This document shows positions 59,830 to 64,000 of a DNA stretch of 64,000 nucleotides, one piece after another; the stretch's first letter is position 1; each line of letters begins with the position of its first letter. Position numbers and translations under genes: made by a program. Source of the stretch: an uncultured Methanoregulaceae archaeon (lineage in GTDB: Archaea; Halobacteriota; Methanomicrobia; Methanomicrobiales; Methanospirillaceae). The DNA lies in assembly GCA_963841015.1 (NCBI GenBank), contig CAWJAX010000003.1, forward strand, positions 704,001 through 768,000, written 5' to 3'. A model generated the notes under the pieces. The model was not told the origin of the DNA. It did no database searches and worked only from the letters and a program-made list of their open reading frames with translations.

Positions 59830-62236
59830 AAAGGTCCTTCCTCACTTTTTCGATAACTGCTTCGGGATCACGATGATAGGAGATAAGGATCTTAGCAACA
59901 TCCTTGTAATGCCGGATCTTCTTGATCCGCATCCATTCAAGCACTTCCTGGCGACGCTTTAACTCCTCGCGCATCCGGTTCTCGCTCCACCCTTTCGCCT
60001 CCATGATCTCTTCGAGAAGATAGGACTTTCCTGAGTAGGTGATCTCATCGGTCGCTGAGCGCCACTTAAAGACCTCGTTGGTGATAAGTTCGTTGGTCCT
60101 TGGATCTATATCCAGGATCTCAACAATCTGCTTGTTCCTCCTGATACGTTTACCTCCAACCCGTCCCTGTACCTGGACACAGATAAAATCAAGCGCAGAA
60201 AGCATGTTCCGGGGGACATCCATAGGAGGGTTCTCGATACGGTGGACGACACTTGCCACTGAATCTGCGTGGGTTGTAGAGTAGGTGGTGTGACCGGTGC
60301 TCATTGCCTGGAAGAGGGTCTGGCATTCTTTGCCACGTACTTCTCCCACGAGGATGTATTCTGGACGCTGTCGCATCGCAGCCCGCAGAAGCTCGTACAT
60401 ATTAATCTCACCCCTGCCGGATGTGTCGAACGAATCGCGGGTAACACTGGGGATCCAGTTCGGGTGAGGGAGCTTCAGTTCGCGGGTATCTTCCAGGGAT
60501 ACTATCTTTGACAACGGGGGAATAAACAAAGAAATGGCATTGAGAGCCGTGGTTTTTCCGGATGCAGTTCCACCGGCAAAAATCGCAGATTTGCCATTTT
60601 CAACGCACAGCCAGATATATGCAATCGAAAGCGGAGCGAAAGTACGCCATTCAATAAGATCGGTCGGGGTAATCGGCTCATCCTTGAATTTACGGATGGT
60701 GAAGGTGGAACCGTGTGCAGTTACTTCCTGGCCAAGTGTCATCTGGATACGCGAACCGTCCTGCATAGTTGAGTCAAGAATGGGCTGTGCGATTGAGATG
60801 TATTTTCCCGATCGCTGGGCAAGCTTGGTAACAAACGAGTCAAGATCCTCAGCATTGGTATAGCTGAGGGTAGTCTTCATCGACTCGTAGTTGGCATGAT
60901 ATACAAAGAGTGAAGTATGGACTCCATCACAGGAGATATCCTCAATATATTTATCATGCATTATCGCATCGATAAGCCCGTCCCCAAGGAATTCCTTGTG
61001 CATGTTGTAGAGGATAACCTCACGCTGCACGGGGGTAAGCTTGATACCAAAATCAAGAATAACATCGGTCGCGGCAGCCCGCAACTTTATTCCGGCTTCC
61101 TCTTTAGAGATATCTTTTGTGTTGATATCGAGTGTTTCAAAAAGCCGTTCCTTCAACTCTTTTAACAGCTCTTTCTCCGGATCAGTCAGGATGGGTTCGA
61201 GCACCAGGTAGGTGTACTCATGAGTAGTGTGATCATAGATAATCTGGATGTAAGCGTAGGGGGGATTGACCGGATAAATCTCAACTTCTTCAATACCTGG
61301 CTGAGCCCTGAAGGAGATATCAACCAGGGGACCATGTTTCTTGGGATCATATTCTTCAAGCGTTGAATGAACCGCTTTGAAAAGTGTGCGCAGCCCGAAT
61401 CTTTTTTGTTCAGCCTTGGGTTTTTTCGTGTCAATTCCAATGTCTGACCCAATGTCGAGATCCTTAAAACCAGCGGTGGAGAAGTTTTTCTTCCAGATCT
61501 CATCAAAATCCGGGGGCAGTGTTCCCGTACCTTCAAATGCACTGATACGACCGTGGAGTTTGAGTTCATCTATCTTAAAGGATACACCCTTGGGAAGGAT
61601 AAGACCGGAGATATCGGAGATCTGGTCAACATTGATAATTTTCTGATCGGCATCAGTTACCTGCTCGACTGCTGCCTCCGGTGATGACGTAACTTTTTTT
61701 ATGGATTTTGCCCTGACGGCTGCCTTGGGGTCTTCATCAATTATCTCGATCACGGTATCTTCTTTGATTTTTTTGTTGCCGGGAGGTGAACCGGGGGGCT
61801 GGCTGGTTCCGCTGTTTGCCAATAATACACCCAGGGACTCCCTGACATCAGATCTGCCAATAACATCACCAGGTTCGGCAGGAGGTTTTTGTGGCTGCTC
61901 AACGGATTGACGGGTTTTTTCCTGCAGATCATCTGCATCGGAAAACTCAAGATCGTTCTGAACCGGTATGGATGCTCGCGTGCGTACAGGTTCTGCGGGT
62001 TGCCTGACAGGAAGGGCAGGCCCCTCATTGTTTGACGCTTCCATCTTTTTTCGGAGAGCATCGAAATCACCAATTTGAGAGGTAGATCTATCACCAGCTG
62101 TGGGGGTTTGAAGGAGATCTGCAGTTTCTTTAGGTTTCTGCACTACCTCATTTTTTTTGTCTCCTTTGATCTTACTGATAAGGAAATCTACATTATCCAG
62201 TGCATCATCATCATCATTATTCAATCCAGACATCAC
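59822..62236 (-). CDS. Type IV pilus/T2SS secretion ATPase (PilB/FlaI-like) with long N-terminal extension
   Basis: IEDISCDG, FTIRKF, GGTASGKTT, RQRP.YI.VGEVRG, TGH...T.HA. Confidence 0.95.
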   Translation of the reverse strand: MMSGLNNDDDDALDNVDFLISKIKGDKKNEVVQKPKETADLLQTPTAGDRSTSQIGDFDALRKKMEASNNEGPALPVRQPAEPVRTRASIPVQNDLEFSDADDLQEKTRQSVEQPQKPPAEPGDVIGRSDVRESLGVLLANSGTSQPPGSPPGNKKIKEDTVIEIIDEDPKAAVRAKSIKKVTSSPEAAVEQVTDADQKIINVDQISDISGLILPKGVSFKIDELKLHGRISAFEGTGTLPPDFDEIWKKNFSTAGFKDLDIGSDIGIDTKKPKAEQKRFGLRTLFKAVHSTLEEYDPKKHGPLVDISFRAQPGIEEVEIYPVNPPYAYIQIIYDHTTHEYTYLVLEPILTDPEKELLKELKERLFETLDINTKDISKEEAGIKLRAAATDVILDFGIKLTPVQREVILYNMHKEFLGDGLIDAIMHDKYIEDISCDGVHTSLFVYHANYESMKTTLSYTNAEDLDSFVTKLAQRSGKYISIAQPILDSTMQDGSRIQMTLGQEVTAHGSTFTIRKFKDEPITPTDLIEWRTFAPLSIAYIWLCVENGKSAIFAGGTASGKTTALNAISLFIPPLSKIVSLEDTRELKLPHPNWIPSVTRDSFDTSGRGEINMYELLRAAMRQRPEYILVGEVRGKECQTLFQAMSTGHTTYSTTHADSVASVVHRIENPPMDVPRNMLSALDFICVQVQGRVGGKRIRRNKQIVEILDIDPRTNELITNEVFKWRSATDEITYSGKSYLLEEIMEAKGWSENRMREELKRRQEVLEWMRIKKIRHYKDVAKILISYHRDPEAVIEKVRKDLYE

Positions 62237-62376
62237 CCTTTAACCCAGATTTAGGCGTCATTTTTTATTAATTTATTTTTTTTACATTTAATACTATATA
62301 AAATGTTGCTATTGTCATTGTAAACATTCTGAACGATTTTTATTAAAAAAATCATTTCAACACGTGAATAATCCAA

Positions 62377-63108
62377 TTATTCACCGGAAATCTCTGACTG
62401 AATATTTTTTAAAACCACGCGTATCAGTCCAAGATGTGCATCTGCGGTGGTAAAAACACACAGGAATAGATCCCCGCAGGGGGCTACAATAAATTTGTTC
62501 TCATTCGTTTCAAGGATCATCTGATCAAGGGAACCGATGTTCAGGTCCCGGGCAATTTTGGCCCCTGCCCGCACAAGATCTTCAGCAGAGGCTGCAACAT
62601 GCTCAAAGTCCACATCACCTATACATTGGATGGAAAAACCTTCGAAAACTGCAGCAACTGCAATAACCCCGGCAAGATTTTTTATCTTTTTTAATGTGTT
62701 CTCATCGAGAATCTCGGAGATTTCTGAAATATCATCAGTCTTGTCATCGGGATCGTCAGAATCCAAAAGGGGGACACTCTCGTTAATGACAAGGCCTTCT
62801 TCAACGCAAAGCTGAACAGCACGGGTGAATTCTGCCTCGGTGTATTTTCTGATATTGAATGTCTGCGGGGAATCAAAGCTGCCGGTTGATTCCATAACCA
62901 TGTGTAAAAGAGCAGACTTTCCCCGAAAAAATCCTTCACTATCTTTAAAATATGCACCTACCATCTTCCCATTGTCATTGAGAATAAAACCATGACCGGA
63001 TAGTGTTTCTGCCTCCACTAAACCACGGAAGGTCAACAGATACTGGCGCAACCCTTCCTTGTGTGGATTGGTAATTATTCCCTCAACAGTTCCTGCGGGT
63101 AATCTCAT
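62377..63108 (-). CDS. DUF2226-like N-terminal domain + Roadblock/LC7 domain protein
   Basis: N-terminal MRLP.G; C-terminal EHVAASAEDL...LDQMILE...AHLGLIR. Confidence 0.78.
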   Translation of the reverse strand: MRLPAGTVEGIITNPHKEGLRQYLLTFRGLVEAETLSGHGFILNDNGKMVGAYFKDSEGFFRGKSALLHMVMESTGSFDSPQTFNIRKYTEAEFTRAVQLCVEEGLVINESVPLLDSDDPDDKTDDISEISEILDENTLKKIKNLAGVIAVAAVFEGFSIQCIGDVDFEHVAASAEDLVRAGAKIARDLNIGSLDQMILETNENKFIVAPCGDLFLCVFTTADAHLGLIRVVLKNIQSEISGE

Positions 63109-63125
63109 AAAATGAGGACGGGAAA

Positions 63126-63473
63126 TCAGAGTGCAGCGATAAGCCGTTCCTTATTCTTCTTTAATTCGTATCTGATTCTTCCAATGTTGGCGGTAGTATC
63201 TGCAACTATGGCGATCAGTTCATCGGCGGAAAGCGGGGAGAGAATGATGGGGCCTTTCTCAAGTTCAACGAGCATTTGGGATAGTTCGCCTTTTCCCAGC
63301 GTAATTCCCATCGCTTCAGAGGTTCCAAGACCAGTTGAAGCCATAGCACCCAGTGCTTCAATATCCACTTTACCGGAAACCGCACTTTCAATTACAAATC
63401 CATCTCTTCCTATCACGACCGCAGCTGATACCCCTTCAATTTTGAGAAATTCCTCTAATAATGGCTTCAGCAT
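63126..63473 (-). CDS. Roadblock/LC7 (MglB-like) protein
   Basis: GV.AAVVIGRDGFVIE...LGAM...ANIGRIRYE. Confidence 0.92.
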   Translation of the reverse strand: MLKPLLEEFLKIEGVSAAVVIGRDGFVIESAVSGKVDIEALGAMASTGLGTSEAMGITLGKGELSQMLVELEKGPIILSPLSADELIAIVADTTANIGRIRYELKKNKERLIAAL

Positions 63474-63716
63474 TCACTTTTCCTCAGATAAATGTTTCTC
63501 TCTTGTTTTTTTTCTATTAAAATGTTGGTCTTTCTTTTTCTTTTAACAGGAAAGAGAGATAATTGCACAAAAATGAAAAAAAAAAGCTTTTTTTCCGATC
63601 TCATAATGCGGAACCCTCCGATTTCTTTGAATATCAGAGTATTTTATAATCGCGCACTTTCTATCAATCAGTAACAAAGGAAACTATATTGTAGGATATC
63701 GCAACAATACAACATA

Positions 63717-64000
63717 ATGCAACTCCCGAGGGGAACATTCCTCAACATTAAAAGGAGCACAAAGGTTGGGGATCTTCTTGCTGAACTCCAGGACATGAAA
63801 TTCAGCGGGATCTGTAGTATCTCTTCTGGGCAGGCCATCGGGACAGTTGTTTTTAAATCCGGAAAACGCATTCTCGCGCAGTACAAGGATATTATCGGCG
63901 ATGCTGCATCGGAAGAACTACAAAAAATTATGGGGGAGAAAGTGGATGCTTCTCTTTCCACGCTTAACGAAGCTCAGATTCAGCTGGCCCTTGAATTCAA
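63717..64000 (+). CDS. DUF2226-like protein, truncated by the window edge; absent from the ORF track
   Basis: MQLPRGTFLNIKRSTKVGDLLAELQDMKFSGICSIS...LALEF is open to the end; shares the M.LP.G start and F.G motif with 62377-63108. Confidence 0.7.
   Translation, partial: MQLPRGTFLNIKRSTKVGDLLAELQDMKFSGICSISSGQAIGTVVFKSGKRILAQYKDIIGDAASEELQKIMGEKVDASLSTLNEAQIQLALEF

Overview
This 64-kb window is core chromosome from a methanogenic archaeon. Gene content and protein sequences point to Methanomicrobiales (Methanoregula-like); that assignment is an inference. It carries conserved information-processing clusters: rpl15e-rpp30-pop5-psmA-SBDS-rpl37ae-rpoP; rpp21-yhbY-rps19e-PDCD5-PP-loop-rpl39e-rpl31e-aIF6-LX; and pfdA-ftsY-srp54-trmY-pus10-rpl21e-rpoF-DUF655-ksgA. 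Also present are pyrBI, a WbpA/B/E-like sugar pathway, a short stand-alone HdrA homolog, a divergent ThiC paralog, cobQ, xseAB, two tRNAs (Arg-CCT, Glu-CTC), and a type IV pilus/T2SS ATPase plus platform locus next to Roadblock and DUF2226-like genes. About a dozen single-base frameshifts, several in housekeeping genes, look like assembly errors. The most notable unexplained structures are: (i) a ~2.2-kb insert splitting the LX-pfdA superoperon, made of a degenerate PD-(D/E)XK-like ORF followed by a 279-bp-period tandem non-coding repeat rich in palindromes and TAGCAC motifs; (ii) two diverged, equal-length (207 bp) copies of a MITE-like element with imperfect terminal inverted repeats; (iii) a structured rpl15e leader; (iv) small ORFs missed by the ORF track, including a 46-aa 4-Cys BssC-like protein. 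No CRISPR array, rRNA or transposase was seen.
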